DNA of 64,000 nucleotides from Myxococcales bacterium. Its GTDB lineage: Bacteria; Myxococcota_A; Polyangia; Palsa-1104. Positions 1 to 10,250 of this stretch are shown here, one piece after another. The translations under genes were made by a program, and so were the position numbers. The stretch's first letter is position 1. Every line of letters begins with the position of its first letter. The stretch covers positions 22,279-86,278 of the forward strand of contig JAYUBF010000332.1 in assembly GCA_043741435.1 (NCBI GenBank), read 5' to 3'. The notes under the pieces are model-generated. The model saw only the letters and a program-made list of their open reading frames with translations. It searched no databases and was not told where the DNA came from.

Positions 1-744
1 GTGGCGCAGCTCGTTCGTGGCGAAGGCCCCCAGGTCATCGAGCGCGAAGATCGCATGCGGCAGATCGTGATCTGGGCCGCACCGCGAGGTCGCGCCCTCG
101 GCGAGATCGTCGAGGAGATCCAACCCAAGCTCGACGGCATCAAGATGCCGGCCGGTACTCGCTACGCCTACGACGGCCAGATCCGCATGATGAAGGAGAA
201 CAACTCCGCCGTCTCCACGGCGCTCCTGCTCGCGGTCATCTTCATCTACATCGTGCTGGCGTCGCAGTTCGAGAGCTTCATCCACCCGCTCACGATCATG
301 CTCACCCTGCCACTCGCCCTCGTCGGTGCCATCCTCGCCTTGTTCCTCACCAACAACACCATGGCGATGGGCACCATGATCGGCATCGTGTTGTTGATGG
401 GACTCGTGACGAAGAACGCGATCTTGCTCATCGACCGCGCGATCGTGCGCGTCCGCGAGCACGGTGAGCCTCCGCTGCAGGCGATCCTCGAAGCAGGACC
501 GGAGCGCTTGCGGCCCATCCTCATGACCTCGGCCGCGATGGTGCTCGGCATGTTGCCCACGGCGCTCGGTCGCGGGGAAGGCTCCGAGTTCCGGGGCCCC
601 ATGGCCATCGCCGTGATCGGCGGCGTCATCAGCTCCACGTTGCTGTCGCTGGTGGTGGTGCCGGTCTTCTACCTCGCGATCGAGAACAGCAAGGTGACGC
701 TCGGCGCTTTGCTCGCCCGTCTGCGCGTCTTTATTTCACGCTGA
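1..744 (+). CDS. RND (HAE1/AcrB-family) efflux permease, C-terminal fragment; 5' end lies outside the window
   Basis: ORF runs from base 1 with no start codon. Several hydrophobic TM helices (LLLAVIFIYIVLASQFESFIHPLTIMLTLPLALVGAILALF) and a C-terminal VVVPVFY motif typical of AcrB/MexB C-termini. Confidence 0.8.
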   Translation: MAQLVRGEGPQVIEREDRMRQIVIWAAPRGRALGEIVEEIQPKLDGIKMPAGTRYAYDGQIRMMKENNSAVSTALLLAVIFIYIVLASQFESFIHPLTIMLTLPLALVGAILALFLTNNTMAMGTMIGIVLLMGLVTKNAILLIDRAIVRVREHGEPPLQAILEAGPERLRPILMTSAAMVLGMLPTALGRGEGSEFRGPMAIAVIGGVISSTLLSLVVVPVFYLAIENSKVTLGALLARLRVFISR

Positions 745-932
745 GGCAAATTGCATCGGCGGCGTCGTGTTCGACCATCGACATTTCACGGACATGAGCG
801 ACGGCCTGGATGGCCCCGCGCGTGCAGCAGCTCTGTTGTTTTCTTCGTTCGTCATTTCGCTTCTGTAATCGCTTTCACGACTTCCAAGCGGGGTTGTTTC
901 GGCCCCTCAGATCGGAGACAGATGAGAGCGAA

Positions 933-2333
933 ATGCACAACGCTTCATCCTCCACTCGCGCACCTCGCGACGCGGAGCCGAGCCTGAAAATTCTCCTCGC
1001 CGATGATGATCCTGCGGTGCTTGCGGAGGTGGGCGCCGCGCTGACCGAGCTCAACCATGAGGTCGTGACGTCGAGCGATGGGCGCCAGGTGTGCGACTAC
1101 CTCGACGCGCGCAGCTTCGACCTCGTCATCAGCGACGTGCGACTACCCGGCGTCGATGGTTTTTCCATCCTGCGACGCGTCCGTGCGCAAGCGCCCCTCA
1201 CGGAGGTGGTGTTGATGAGCGGTCACGCCAGCGTGGCTGACGCGATCGCGGCGATTCGCGAGGAAGCCGTCGACTACGTGACGAAGCCATTTCAGATGGC
1301 GAAGCTGCTCACGCTCGTCGAGGGTGTTGCCGAGCGACTGCGTCTTCGACAGGCGACGGAGTGGGCGCGCGAGCAAGTGCCCACCATCGACGAGCCGGAT
1401 CTCCTCATCGGCCACTCGCCGATCATGGCGCGGTTGCGCGATCGCCTCGCTGCCTTCGCGGGCAGCCAAGCACCGGTGCTGGTGCTCGGCGAGAGTGGTA
1501 CCGGCAAGGAGCTGGCAGCGCGCCTCCTTCACCAGAGAAGCGTCCGTCACGCGAAGCCCTTCGTGGCCATCAACTGCGCCGCGTTCACCGAGACGCTGAT
1601 CGAGGCGGAGCTCTTCGGACACGTACGTGGCGCGTTCACCGGCGCCGTGCGCGATCGTAAGGGACAGCTGGCCGCCGCCGATGGTGGCACCTTGTTCCTC
1701 GACGAGATCGCCGAGCTCTCACCGTCGGCGCAAGCGAAGCTGCTGCGCGTGCTGCAAGAAGGCACCTATACGCCGGTCGGCAGCAATACGCCCGTCTCCG
1801 TCGACATTCGCTTGGTGTCGGCGACCCACCAAGATCTGAAGCGCGCGATCGCCGAGGGCCGGTTCCGCGAGGACCTGTTCTTTCGCATCAAGGTGCTCGA
1901 CGTGCTGGTGCCGACGCTGGCGCAGCGACCGGGCGACATCCCGATCCTGGTCGAGCACTTCCTCCGTCGCTTCACGGCGCCGGGTCAGGCGGTTCCGCAC
2001 CTCGCGCCGCGCGCGTGGGCCGCGCTCGTGCACCACCGCTTTCCGGGCAACGTCCGCGAGCTCGAGCACGCGATCCAATACGCGCTCGTCGTGTCGGGTG
2101 GCGGTGCGATTGGCGTGGAGCACTTTCCAGACGACATTCGCGGTGACCTGACCATCGACAGCGACGCGCGCCCCACGGGGCCACTGCAGCTGGGCACCGC
2201 CGTGGAGTTTTTCGAACGCGAGTACATCTTGCGTGCGCTCGTGGATTCGGGCGGGCGCAAGGCAAAGGCGGCCGAGCAGCTCGGCATCTCGCGCAAACAC
2301 CTGTGGCACAAGATGCGCGCGTATCACATGTGA
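933..2333 (+). CDS. sigma-54-dependent response regulator (REC, AAA+ and HTH; NtrC family)
   Basis: N-terminal receiver domain (ILLADDDPAVL...DLVISDVRLPGVDG), Walker A GESGTGKE, the sigma-54 contact motif GAFTGA, and a C-terminal Fis-type HTH. I chose the ATG at 933 over the in-frame ATG at 810 because the receiver domain starts right after it. Confidence 0.85.
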   Translation: MHNASSSTRAPRDAEPSLKILLADDDPAVLAEVGAALTELNHEVVTSSDGRQVCDYLDARSFDLVISDVRLPGVDGFSILRRVRAQAPLTEVVLMSGHASVADAIAAIREEAVDYVTKPFQMAKLLTLVEGVAERLRLRQATEWAREQVPTIDEPDLLIGHSPIMARLRDRLAAFAGSQAPVLVLGESGTGKELAARLLHQRSVRHAKPFVAINCAAFTETLIEAELFGHVRGAFTGAVRDRKGQLAAADGGTLFLDEIAELSPSAQAKLLRVLQEGTYTPVGSNTPVSVDIRLVSATHQDLKRAIAEGRFREDLFFRIKVLDVLVPTLAQRPGDIPILVEHFLRRFTAPGQAVPHLAPRAWAALVHHRFPGNVRELEHAIQYALVVSGGGAIGVEHFPDDIRGDLTIDSDARPTGPLQLGTAVEFFEREYILRALVDSGGRKAKAAEQLGISRKHLWHKMRAYHM

Positions 2334-2336
2334 GCC

Positions 2337-3584
2337 TCAGCTGCTGCGCAGCAGCGCGTGCGAGCGCGGGTCTTGGACGAGCCTTCGGTCGGATTGAAGC
2401 TCGACGATGGGCTGGATATTCAGGGCGCGAGGAGTGTCACGGGCGATTGCGGGCTCGGGGGCCGTGGGTTGCGGCGCAGCCACGCAGCGGAGGATATCGT
2501 CCGCGGACAGTATCCCGACGATGACGCCCTCCGGCGAGACGATGACGATGCGTGCCACGCCTTCGTACGCCATGAGCCGCGCCGCTTGCGCAACGGTCGC
2601 GTCCTCCGGCAGGCGGAAGACGATGGCCGTCATGATGTCGTCGACGACCTGGTTCGCGCGTGGCGTTTCGAAGCAGCTGCGCAAGAGCTCGCTTTTCGAG
2701 ACGATGCCGAGGATGCGACCGTTCTCGTCGAGCACCGGGGCCCCCCCGATGTCGCGCTCGATGAAGAGATCGGCGAGCTGCGCCACTGGGGTCTCGGGGC
2801 GCAAGCACACCACCCGACGGGTCATGATGTCCGTGACGCAGGCGTCTGCCGTGAGCAATACTTTGCCCACGCGGGCATCGCTCGTGGCGTCGGTGGCCTC
2901 GAGTGGATCGGTCGTACCGCCGGCAACCCACACTTCTCTTCCCCCCACCTTCGCGATGAGAAGGGCCTGATCCGCGTTTTGCATCATGCGCGATGCATCG
3001 GCGCCGGAGGCCTGCTGCTCCGCAATGCCGATGATGGCGTGCACCATGCCGATCTTGGAGCGGGTCTCTTCGTCCTCGAGCTCGTCGAGCACGCGTTCGG
3101 CCAGCTGCACCGCCTGCTGGGCGGTCGAGCACGGCGCCACGATCCCGAGCTTGTTGCAATCGCAGACCGCGATCAGATCGGCCGCGCGACACAAGCGGCG
3201 CAACACGTGCGCAACCTTCAGCACGATCCCGTCGATGGGAGCATCTCCACCTCGCCGCAGGTCGATCAGCAACAAGGAGAGGGGCAGCCCATGCCGGGTC
3301 GCATGGTCGACTTCTTGCGCGAGCCGGTGCGTGAGCGCGACGAAGTTGGCCACCTGCTTGCGCGGGTCAACGGCTCCCGCCTCGAGCACGCGATTCTCGC
3401 GCCGCCCGAGCAAGAAGCCGACGACTGCCAGCACCGCGGCGTAGCCCAGCACCAAGTACGCCGCGCTCCAGCTGAGGCCGAGCTGCAACGGCAGGCCGAA
3501 CAAGCTCCCTATCGCGACGCCAATGGCCGCATAGAAAATGGTGCGTTCTGCTCCGCCCTCCCCCGTCGCCACGGTCCGCGCCAT
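2337..3584 (-). CDS. membrane protein with a degenerate GGDEF-like domain and tandem CBS domains
   Basis: Two N-terminal TM helices. The central region resembles the C-terminal half of a GGDEF domain but lacks the GG[DE]EF signature (ADLIAVCDCNKLGIVAP). The C-terminus carries two CBS-pair-like segments (TDIMTRRVVCLRPETPV...GAPVLDENGRILGIVSKSEL and VDDIMTAIVFRLPEDATV...VIVSPEGVIVGILSADDIL). Confidence 0.6.
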   Translation of the reverse strand: MARTVATGEGGAERTIFYAAIGVAIGSLFGLPLQLGLSWSAAYLVLGYAAVLAVVGFLLGRRENRVLEAGAVDPRKQVANFVALTHRLAQEVDHATRHGLPLSLLLIDLRRGGDAPIDGIVLKVAHVLRRLCRAADLIAVCDCNKLGIVAPCSTAQQAVQLAERVLDELEDEETRSKIGMVHAIIGIAEQQASGADASRMMQNADQALLIAKVGGREVWVAGGTTDPLEATDATSDARVGKVLLTADACVTDIMTRRVVCLRPETPVAQLADLFIERDIGGAPVLDENGRILGIVSKSELLRSCFETPRANQVVDDIMTAIVFRLPEDATVAQAARLMAYEGVARIVIVSPEGVIVGILSADDILRCVAAPQPTAPEPAIARDTPRALNIQPIVELQSDRRLVQDPRSHALLRSS

Positions 3585-3713
3585 CTGTCTAGTCCGAGCA
3601 AGGGTTACGCCACGCGGCCAGCGTCACGATCTCGCTTGGCTAGGCGATCCGCACGTTACCAATCAGGAACGGTGCAGGGGGCGAGGACGTCCGAAAGGTA
3701 GGCTGCGGTATCG

Positions 3714-5054
3714 TTACAACAAGGTGCCCGACAGCACCATGCTCGCCATCGTGAAGTAGATGACGAGACCGGTCACATCGACCAGGGTGGCGACGGCCGG
3801 TGCCGAAGCGCTCGCGGGATCGAGCCCGAGGCGACGCAAGAGCAGCGGCAACATCGCGCCCGCGAGCGTACCGAACAACACGACACCGACGACGGACAGA
3901 GACACCGCGACGCCAATCGACACGTAGTACGGGCCGTACAACGTGTGCCGGGAGGGCCAAAGCAAGATGCGCACGAGGCCGGTGACCCCGAGCAGCGCAC
4001 CGAGCGCGACACCCATCAGGAGCTCACGCGCAAGGATGCGCCACCAATCGCGGAGCCGAACCTCGCCGAGCGCGATGGCGCGGATGACCAGCGTGGTGGC
4101 TTGGGACCCCGCGTTACCGCCTGCGGAAATGATGAGCGGGATGAAGAGCGACAACACCACCGCGCGCTCGAGCTCGTGCTCGTAGAACGCCATCGCGGTC
4201 GCGGTGAGCATCTCGCCGAGGAACAACGCCTGCAGCCAGCCCGCTCGCTTCCGGAACATCTGCGTGAAGCTGACGTTGAGGTACGGCGCTTCGAGGGCCG
4301 CGACGGCGCCCATCTTCTGGATGTCCTCGGTGGCCTCTTCCTGCACCACATCCACGATGTCGTCGACGGTGACCACGCCCTTCATGCGCCCCGCCGCATC
4401 GAGAACGGGGATGGCCACCAGCCCGTGCTGACCGAAAAGCTGGGACAACGCCTCTTGGTCGGTCTCTTCGGTGGCGGTCACGAGGTCCGTCTTCATGACT
4501 TCGGCGACCGTCTTGCCCGGCTGCGCGGCGAACAGATCGCGAAAGGAGACGACACCCTGCAGCTTTTGCTCCGCGTCGAGCACATAGGAGTAGTGCAACG
4601 TCTCCACGCGCTCGCGTGCTTGTTTCCGCAGGTAGCTGATCGCCTCGTCTACGGTCATGCCTGGACGCACGCGCACGTAGCGCGGGTTCATGAGCCCGCC
4701 GGCCTCGTCCTCCGCGTATGCGAGGAGCGCGCCGACTTCCTTGCGCGTGGCTTCGTCGAGGAGGTTGAGCAGCGCGTCCTTGTCCTCGGCGGAGGCAGAC
4801 TGCACCACGTCGGCCGCGTCGTCGGGCTCGAGGAAGCGCATCCACGAGCGACGTTCTGCTTGCGGCACCGCGAGGATCAGCGTGGCTTGGTCCGTCGCGC
4901 TCAGCCGGTCGAATAGATCCTCGGCGTCGGAACGCGTGAGGATGCGGAAGCCCTCGACCCGCTCCTCGATGGAGAGGAAGGTCCACACCTCCTCCAGCTC
5001 CGAAGACAAGAAGGCATCGTCAGCCTCGGGATCCGGCTCCGGGTCCCGCGCCAT
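3714..5054 (-). CDS. mgtE: magnesium transporter MgtE
   Basis: The N-domain, tandem CBS pair and C-terminal 5-TM MgtE channel domain are colinear with MgtE. The start is the ATG at 5052-5054 (MARDPEPD); the annotated ORF extends further upstream without homology support. Confidence 0.85.
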   Translation of the reverse strand: MARDPEPDPEADDAFLSSELEEVWTFLSIEERVEGFRILTRSDAEDLFDRLSATDQATLILAVPQAERRSWMRFLEPDDAADVVQSASAEDKDALLNLLDEATRKEVGALLAYAEDEAGGLMNPRYVRVRPGMTVDEAISYLRKQARERVETLHYSYVLDAEQKLQGVVSFRDLFAAQPGKTVAEVMKTDLVTATEETDQEALSQLFGQHGLVAIPVLDAAGRMKGVVTVDDIVDVVQEEATEDIQKMGAVAALEAPYLNVSFTQMFRKRAGWLQALFLGEMLTATAMAFYEHELERAVVLSLFIPLIISAGGNAGSQATTLVIRAIALGEVRLRDWWRILARELLMGVALGALLGVTGLVRILLWPSRHTLYGPYYVSIGVAVSLSVVGVVLFGTLAGAMLPLLLRRLGLDPASASAPAVATLVDVTGLVIYFTMASMVLSGTLL

Positions 5055-5285
5055 GGCAGGAAAACCGGGCACGGTCTTCGAGTGCACGGAACCTTCGCGT
5101 TTGCCCTCTTCGTCCGACGGTGGGACCACCCCGCACCTCGCTTGCCGCGGCCTATATGCGGCGAGCGCCTCGGAAAATTCCACAAAAATGCGCTGCGGCC
5201 CCGCGATTTTTTCGTGAGGCGGCAAACGAGAGCGAGGTGGGCCAAAAATTTCGGTTGCCGACGATGCACGCGCTAGCCTTCCACC

Positions 5286-5912
5286 ATGCTGCGGTTTCTC
5301 TTCGGCCTCATCGTCGCGCTGGGCGGTGTGGCGGCCGGCCTCTACTTCGGCGTTGGCAAGAGCGTGATCGACGATCGCTGCTTCGGACGTTGCGGCACCG
5401 GTACGCATTGCGCCTACGACGTTTGCATCCCGAACGCCGATGCCCCGGTGGTGCCCGAGCCCAAGCTCGCGAAGAAGCGCGGCAAGGGACGTCTCGCGCT
5501 GAGCAGCGATGGTGTCACGCCAGCCGAGCCAGAGAAGAAGCTGCAAGCGGGCGACGAGCGCATGTCCACCACCGGGGACGCGCTCGGGCGTCCCGAGCAC
5601 CTCGATCTGAGCCAAGGTGGCGATGAAAAAGAGCTGCCGCAGTCCGAGATCGATCGCGTGTGGGGCGCCGCCGAGCCGGCCCTGTCGCGCTGTATCACGG
5701 ACGCGCTCGGCGACTGGCCCCTCCAGACCGCCAAGGTGGAGGTGAGCTACCGCATCGAAAAGGATGGCAGCGTGAAGAAGGTCCGTATCGCCGCGCCTCA
5801 GCTACTCATGCGAAATGGGCTCAGCACGTGCGTGCGCGGCAAGGTCACCTCGCTGCGCTTCCCTCACTCGGGGAGCGCGAGCGTGGTGACGTTCCCGTTT
5901 CAGCTGCAGTAG
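5286..5912 (+). CDS. TonB/TolA-like membrane-anchored protein (N-terminal TM, Pro/Lys-rich linker, TonB-C-like domain)
   Basis: TM helix FLFGLIVALGGVAAGLYFGVG, then the linker PVVPEPKLAKKRGKGR, then a C-terminal segment of about 90 aa with the beta-alpha-beta pattern of TonB-C/TolA-III. It sits immediately upstream of pal. Confidence 0.5.
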   Translation: MLRFLFGLIVALGGVAAGLYFGVGKSVIDDRCFGRCGTGTHCAYDVCIPNADAPVVPEPKLAKKRGKGRLALSSDGVTPAEPEKKLQAGDERMSTTGDALGRPEHLDLSQGGDEKELPQSEIDRVWGAAEPALSRCITDALGDWPLQTAKVEVSYRIEKDGSVKKVRIAAPQLLMRNGLSTCVRGKVTSLRFPHSGSASVVTFPFQLQ

Positions 5913-6059
5913 CAGTTGTTGCGCGCTCGATCCCCACGCGATGTTACCGTTGGCCGCCGCGTTCTCGCCGCACTGAATGGGGGCGCTGCAGCACGAGTCC
6001 CTCGTTTCCGACATCTCACAACCGGTGAAAGCCATCTCGCGTTGCCCCAGGAGGAAGTC

Positions 6060-6566
6060 ATGACCCGATCCGTAGCGCTGTTCGCCGCCCTTTGCCTCAC
6101 CGCTTGCGCCCACAAGTCCGACGTCAAGAAGGACACCTCGATGGGTCCCGGCAACTCGAGCGCAGCGAGCCCGAACAACGACGGCAAGGGTGCTGGCACG
6201 GACGACGGCGACGCCGGCAAATGCGGCTCGGTCCGCGTCTTCTTCCCCTTCAACTCGGACGAGATCCCGGCCGACACCGCCAGCTCGCTCGAGAAGAGCG
6301 CAAAGTGTCTGAAGGCCGACCACGCGCTGCACGTGACCATCGAAGGCAACGCCGACGAGCGCGGCACCGAGGAGTACAACATGGCGCTCGGCGATCGCCG
6401 CGCCACGGCCGTCGCGAAGTACCTCGAGCGCCTGGGCACGTCGCAAGCGCAGCTCAAGACGGTGAGCTACGGCAAGGAGAAGCCTCTCTGCGTCGAGCAT
6501 GACGAGGAATGCTGGAAGAAGAACCGCCGAGCCGAGCTCAACCCCGACGCGAAGCGCACGAAATAG
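6060..6566 (+). CDS. pal: peptidoglycan-associated lipoprotein Pal (OmpA-family C-terminal domain)
   Basis: Lipoprotein signal with lipobox LTAC. The OmpA-like domain has the NSDEI, ADERGTEEYNMALGDRRA and RRAEL motifs. A strong RBS (AGGAGGAAG) precedes the ATG at 6060. Confidence 0.85.
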   Translation: MTRSVALFAALCLTACAHKSDVKKDTSMGPGNSSAASPNNDGKGAGTDDGDAGKCGSVRVFFPFNSDEIPADTASSLEKSAKCLKADHALHVTIEGNADERGTEEYNMALGDRRATAVAKYLERLGTSQAQLKTVSYGKEKPLCVEHDEECWKKNRRAELNPDAKRTK

Positions 6567-6596
6567 TCGTCGACGCCGCGTGTTAGCCTCGCCCCG

Positions 6597-7706
6597 ATGA
6601 AGAACGAACCGCTGGTCTGCGTGCTCGCATTCGTAGCTCTGTCCGCGTGCGCAGCACACTCGCGTCCACCCGCGACCGAGAAGCCCACAGCCACGGCGAG
6701 CGGCATCGGCCATCCCGACAACGCGCCCGCGATCACCGCGTTCGTCGGTGACGTGAAGCGATGCTGGGAGGCGAAGCCCGAGGACCTCACGGAGGCCGGC
6801 TGTCCCCCCATCACGAATATTCGAGATCTCTACGTCGGTGCGGACGATGCTGCTCGTCCCAAGGTCTTCGACACGCTCGTTCGCTGGTTTGGAGAGCCGT
6901 CCGACTGGCGCTATCGCAAGGTGGCGGCGTCGGTTTTGGTGGTGCGTAGCGACGGCAACAGCGAGACCCTGGGCCGCGTGCTGGCGGTCATGCGCAACGA
7001 AGTGCAGGTGCAAACGCCGATGCGTGCCGCCGACAACCTGCGCAGCAATATGGCGCAGTACGTCGGCAATCTCGCTGCTCGTGTGACGGGTGAGAATGCC
7101 GCGATCCTCGCCTACACCAAGGACAAGGCGAACAGCGATCAGGACGCGCGCGCCATCTTCATCTCCGACCTCGGCGCGTCACAACGCCCTGGCCACTTCG
7201 AAGCGCTGCTGGTCGTCGCGAGGGACACCACGGAGAGAGACGAAGTGCGTCGCGCGGCGCTCGAAGCCGTCAGCGGCTACGATGCTGCGGAGCAGAAGCC
7301 CAAGATCAGCGCATTGCTGTTCGAGCTCGCGCGCAAGGACCCCAGCAAGGCGGTCGCCGAGAAGGCGCTGTTCGTCTACAAGGGCTACGGCGTGCCCAAC
7401 GAGGCCAGGACCGTCGTCTCGATCATCACCGAGCGTCAGGATGCCGAGGTCAGCTCGAGCGGCATGGTGATGCTGCAAGTGAACATCGCGCCCAAGGCAT
7501 CGGCAGCGGACAAGAAGGTCATCACCACGTTTTGCATCCAGACGGCGAACGACGGCACCGCCGATGCTCGCACGCGCGCCGTTGCGGTCGCCACGCTGCG
7601 CGACCTCCAGGCACCTCAGTGGAAGAAGCTGGCGACGCAGCTCGCGCGCTCGAGCGACGCCGAGTTGGCGGCAGCAATGAAAGAGCTGCTCGCCAACAAG
7701 AAGTAG
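6597..7706 (+). CDS. lipoprotein with HEAT/ARM-like repeats
   Basis: Signal peptide with lipobox LSAC. The body is a repetitive alpha-helical region (repeated ...A..ALE/A..AL... segments). Confidence 0.5.
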   Translation: MKNEPLVCVLAFVALSACAAHSRPPATEKPTATASGIGHPDNAPAITAFVGDVKRCWEAKPEDLTEAGCPPITNIRDLYVGADDAARPKVFDTLVRWFGEPSDWRYRKVAASVLVVRSDGNSETLGRVLAVMRNEVQVQTPMRAADNLRSNMAQYVGNLAARVTGENAAILAYTKDKANSDQDARAIFISDLGASQRPGHFEALLVVARDTTERDEVRRAALEAVSGYDAAEQKPKISALLFELARKDPSKAVAEKALFVYKGYGVPNEARTVVSIITERQDAEVSSSGMVMLQVNIAPKASAADKKVITTFCIQTANDGTADARTRAVAVATLRDLQAPQWKKLATQLARSSDAELAAAMKELLANKK

Positions 7707-7733
7707 CCGAGCACCCGCGTCGCCGACTCGACG

Positions 7734-10250
7734 CTAAAACATCGTCGTCGTGTCTTTGCGCGGCGCGGCGGGCAGCTCCGGGAAGTGCGGCTCCGGATCG
7801 GCGTCCTTGTCCTCTTCCATCTCTTCGATCTCGACGGGAGACATGAGGTCGACGGTCTTTTCCTTGTCGGCCTCCGCGCCGTGCTTCTTGCAGTTGTCAC
7901 AGCGGGAGCACATCGGCAGGTCGGTCTCGCCGAAGTACTCGAGGAAGAGTCGCGCACGGCACTTCGTGGAGCGGGCGTACCTGATCATCCACTCGAGCTT
8001 GCCGCGGTCGCCTTCACGGCGCTTGCGGTACTCCTCGGCGGCGCGCCCGATGGTGAGCTCGTCGGGGGCCTCCCCGGTGGCGAGCCAGATGTTGCCGGGA
8101 AGCTCCTCGGCCATGCCGCGATCCTTGAGGACGCCGAGTACGACGCGGGCCTTTTGCTGCGACGTCGCCGCACGCAACGCGATCTCCTTCAGGGAGCCCT
8201 CGCCCGCCGACAAGCCGAAGATGATCTGCCGCATCTCGGTCTTGGTCGGGTACTTGCCACCGACGAAGAACTCCTGCACGGCCTCGTCGTTCGGGTTGTA
8301 GAGGAGGATGCAGCGCGACGGCTTGCCGTCACGGCCCGCACGACCGGCCTCCTGGTAGTAGGACTCGATCGATCCCGGGATGTTCCAATGGATGACGAAG
8401 CGGATGTCCGGCTTGTCGACGCCGAGACCGAACGCGTTGGTCGCGATCATGATGCGCGGTTGGTTGCGCATGAAGTTGCGCTGCGACTCCTCGCGCTCCT
8501 TCGTCGTCATCTTGCCGTGGTACATGCCCACCTTGAGGCCCAGCTTCGGCAGCACGCCATGCAGCGCCTCCACGTCTCGCACCGTCGAGCAGTACACGAT
8601 GCCCGGGCCCTTGATGCGGCGAACCAAGCGGATGAGGCGGCGAACCTGCTGCTTCAGGTCGTTGGCGAAGCGCACGTCGAACGTGAGCGACGGACGGTTG
8701 AAGCCGGTGTGGATCTTGAGCGGGTCTGTCAGCGCCAGCTGCTTCAAGATGTCTTCGGAGACCTGCGGCGTGGCCGTGGCGGTGAGCGCGAGCACCGGAG
8801 GACGGCGGTCTGGGTAGGCAGACGGCATGTCGGTGATGCACTGCTTCAGGCCGAGGTACGCGGGACGGAAATCGTGACCCCACTCGGATACGCAGTGGGC
8901 TTCGTCGACGACGAACAGGCCGACCTTTTGCGCACCGAGCTGCTCGATGAGCGCCCCCGACGCGACACGCTCCGGGGTGGCGTAGATGATCTTGTGGCTA
9001 CCCTTGTCGATGCGCTCGAGGGTGGCGCGCTTCTCCTTGGCGGTCTCGGTGGAGTCGAGACGGGCGCCGACCACGCCGGCACGGCGCAGCTTCTGCAATT
9101 GGTCGCTCATGAGCGCGAGCAGCGGGGACACGACGATGGTCACGCCGGGTAGCTCGAACGCGGTGAGCTGATAGGTCAGCGACTTGCCCGCACCGGTCGG
9201 CATGACCGCGAGCACGTTGCGGCCCTCGAGGAGCGCGCGAATGATCGGCTCCTGTCCGGGACGAAAATCACGAAGGTTGAATTGACGACGGAGGCGACGA
9301 TAGATGGGGTCCGCTGCTTGCGCCGCGCGCAGCGCCTCGACAGCGGGATCGAGTGGTGCATGGCGGTGCTCGGCTTGCCCGAAGCCACCACCACCTCCAC
9401 CTCCACCGCCCCCTCCACGACGGCGACGACGGCGACGACGACCTCCGCCTCCGCCGTGCGCATCCATGCCCGGCGCTTGGCCACCGCCCGACGGTGGGAC
9501 CGGCGCCACGGGACCCGGAGGCGGTCGGTCGAACGTCCGCGGCGGTGGTGGACTTCCGCCAGCCCAGAATGCCTTCGCCGCGATCTCGGTGGCCGTCGGA
9601 GGACGACTGGTCAGCGCCCCCCAGAGTGGATCGGTACGCTTCTCCGGTGCGGCCGGCGCGGCGACGGGTGCAGCCTCCGGCTTCTTCGCAGGGTCCGTCG
9701 CGCGGGCGTCACCGCGCGCCGGACGACGTGCCGGGCCCGCGCCGCGGTCGCGCGACAACAACGGCTCGCCGGGGAGCGCGCGCCCCGCTGACGCCGGGGC
9801 GTCCGCACCGATGGGTTCGACATCGACGCGGGTCTTGGCTTCCCAGCTGTCCGCGGCCGAATCCTCGACGACGGCATCGGGCTTCTTCTTCTTCTTCGCG
9901 ACCGCGACCGGCTTCTTCGCGACCACGACCGGCCTCTTCGCGACCGCGAGCGCCTTCTTCGCCGCTTTCGGCGCCGCTTTCGGCGCCGCTTTGGCGGCGG
10001 CCTTCCCCGGCTTCGCTGCCGCTTTGGCGATGGGCCTCTTCGATGCCGCAATCGGCTTCTTCGTGGCCGCGAGCGGCTTCTTCGTGGCCGCCATGGCGAC
10101 CGGCTTCGCTGCCGCTTTGGCGACGGACGCCTTCGCCGAAGGCTTGGCGGCCGCCTTGGGTGCGGGCTTGGCAGGTGGTTTTTTCGCAGCAGGCTTGGCC
10201 GCCGGCTTCTTGGCAGCGACGGGTTTCTTGGTCTTTTTGGTCGGCGCCAT
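7734..10250 (-). CDS. recQ: RecQ-family ATP-dependent DNA helicase with a long Lys/Ala/Pro-rich (histone-H1-like) N-terminal tail and a Gly/Arg low-complexity stretch
   Basis: Helicase motifs are present: Walker A (MPTGAGKSL), DEAH (VDEAHCVSEWGHDFR), the helicase C domain and the RecQ Zn-binding motif (CRARLFLEYFGE...CSRCDNC). The start is the ATG at 10248-10250 (MAPTKKTKKP). The first 260 aa or so are KKPAAK/AAKP repeats followed by GGGGRRRRRRRRGGGGGGGGGGG. Confidence 0.85.
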   Translation of the reverse strand: MAPTKKTKKPVAAKKPAAKPAAKKPPAKPAPKAAAKPSAKASVAKAAAKPVAMAATKKPLAATKKPIAASKRPIAKAAAKPGKAAAKAAPKAAPKAAKKALAVAKRPVVVAKKPVAVAKKKKKPDAVVEDSAADSWEAKTRVDVEPIGADAPASAGRALPGEPLLSRDRGAGPARRPARGDARATDPAKKPEAAPVAAPAAPEKRTDPLWGALTSRPPTATEIAAKAFWAGGSPPPPRTFDRPPPGPVAPVPPSGGGQAPGMDAHGGGGGRRRRRRRRGGGGGGGGGGGFGQAEHRHAPLDPAVEALRAAQAADPIYRRLRRQFNLRDFRPGQEPIIRALLEGRNVLAVMPTGAGKSLTYQLTAFELPGVTIVVSPLLALMSDQLQKLRRAGVVGARLDSTETAKEKRATLERIDKGSHKIIYATPERVASGALIEQLGAQKVGLFVVDEAHCVSEWGHDFRPAYLGLKQCITDMPSAYPDRRPPVLALTATATPQVSEDILKQLALTDPLKIHTGFNRPSLTFDVRFANDLKQQVRRLIRLVRRIKGPGIVYCSTVRDVEALHGVLPKLGLKVGMYHGKMTTKEREESQRNFMRNQPRIMIATNAFGLGVDKPDIRFVIHWNIPGSIESYYQEAGRAGRDGKPSRCILLYNPNDEAVQEFFVGGKYPTKTEMRQIIFGLSAGEGSLKEIALRAATSQQKARVVLGVLKDRGMAEELPGNIWLATGEAPDELTIGRAAEEYRKRREGDRGKLEWMIRYARSTKCRARLFLEYFGETDLPMCSRCDNCKKHGAEADKEKTVDLMSPVEIEEMEEDKDADPEPHFPELPAAPRKDTTTMF

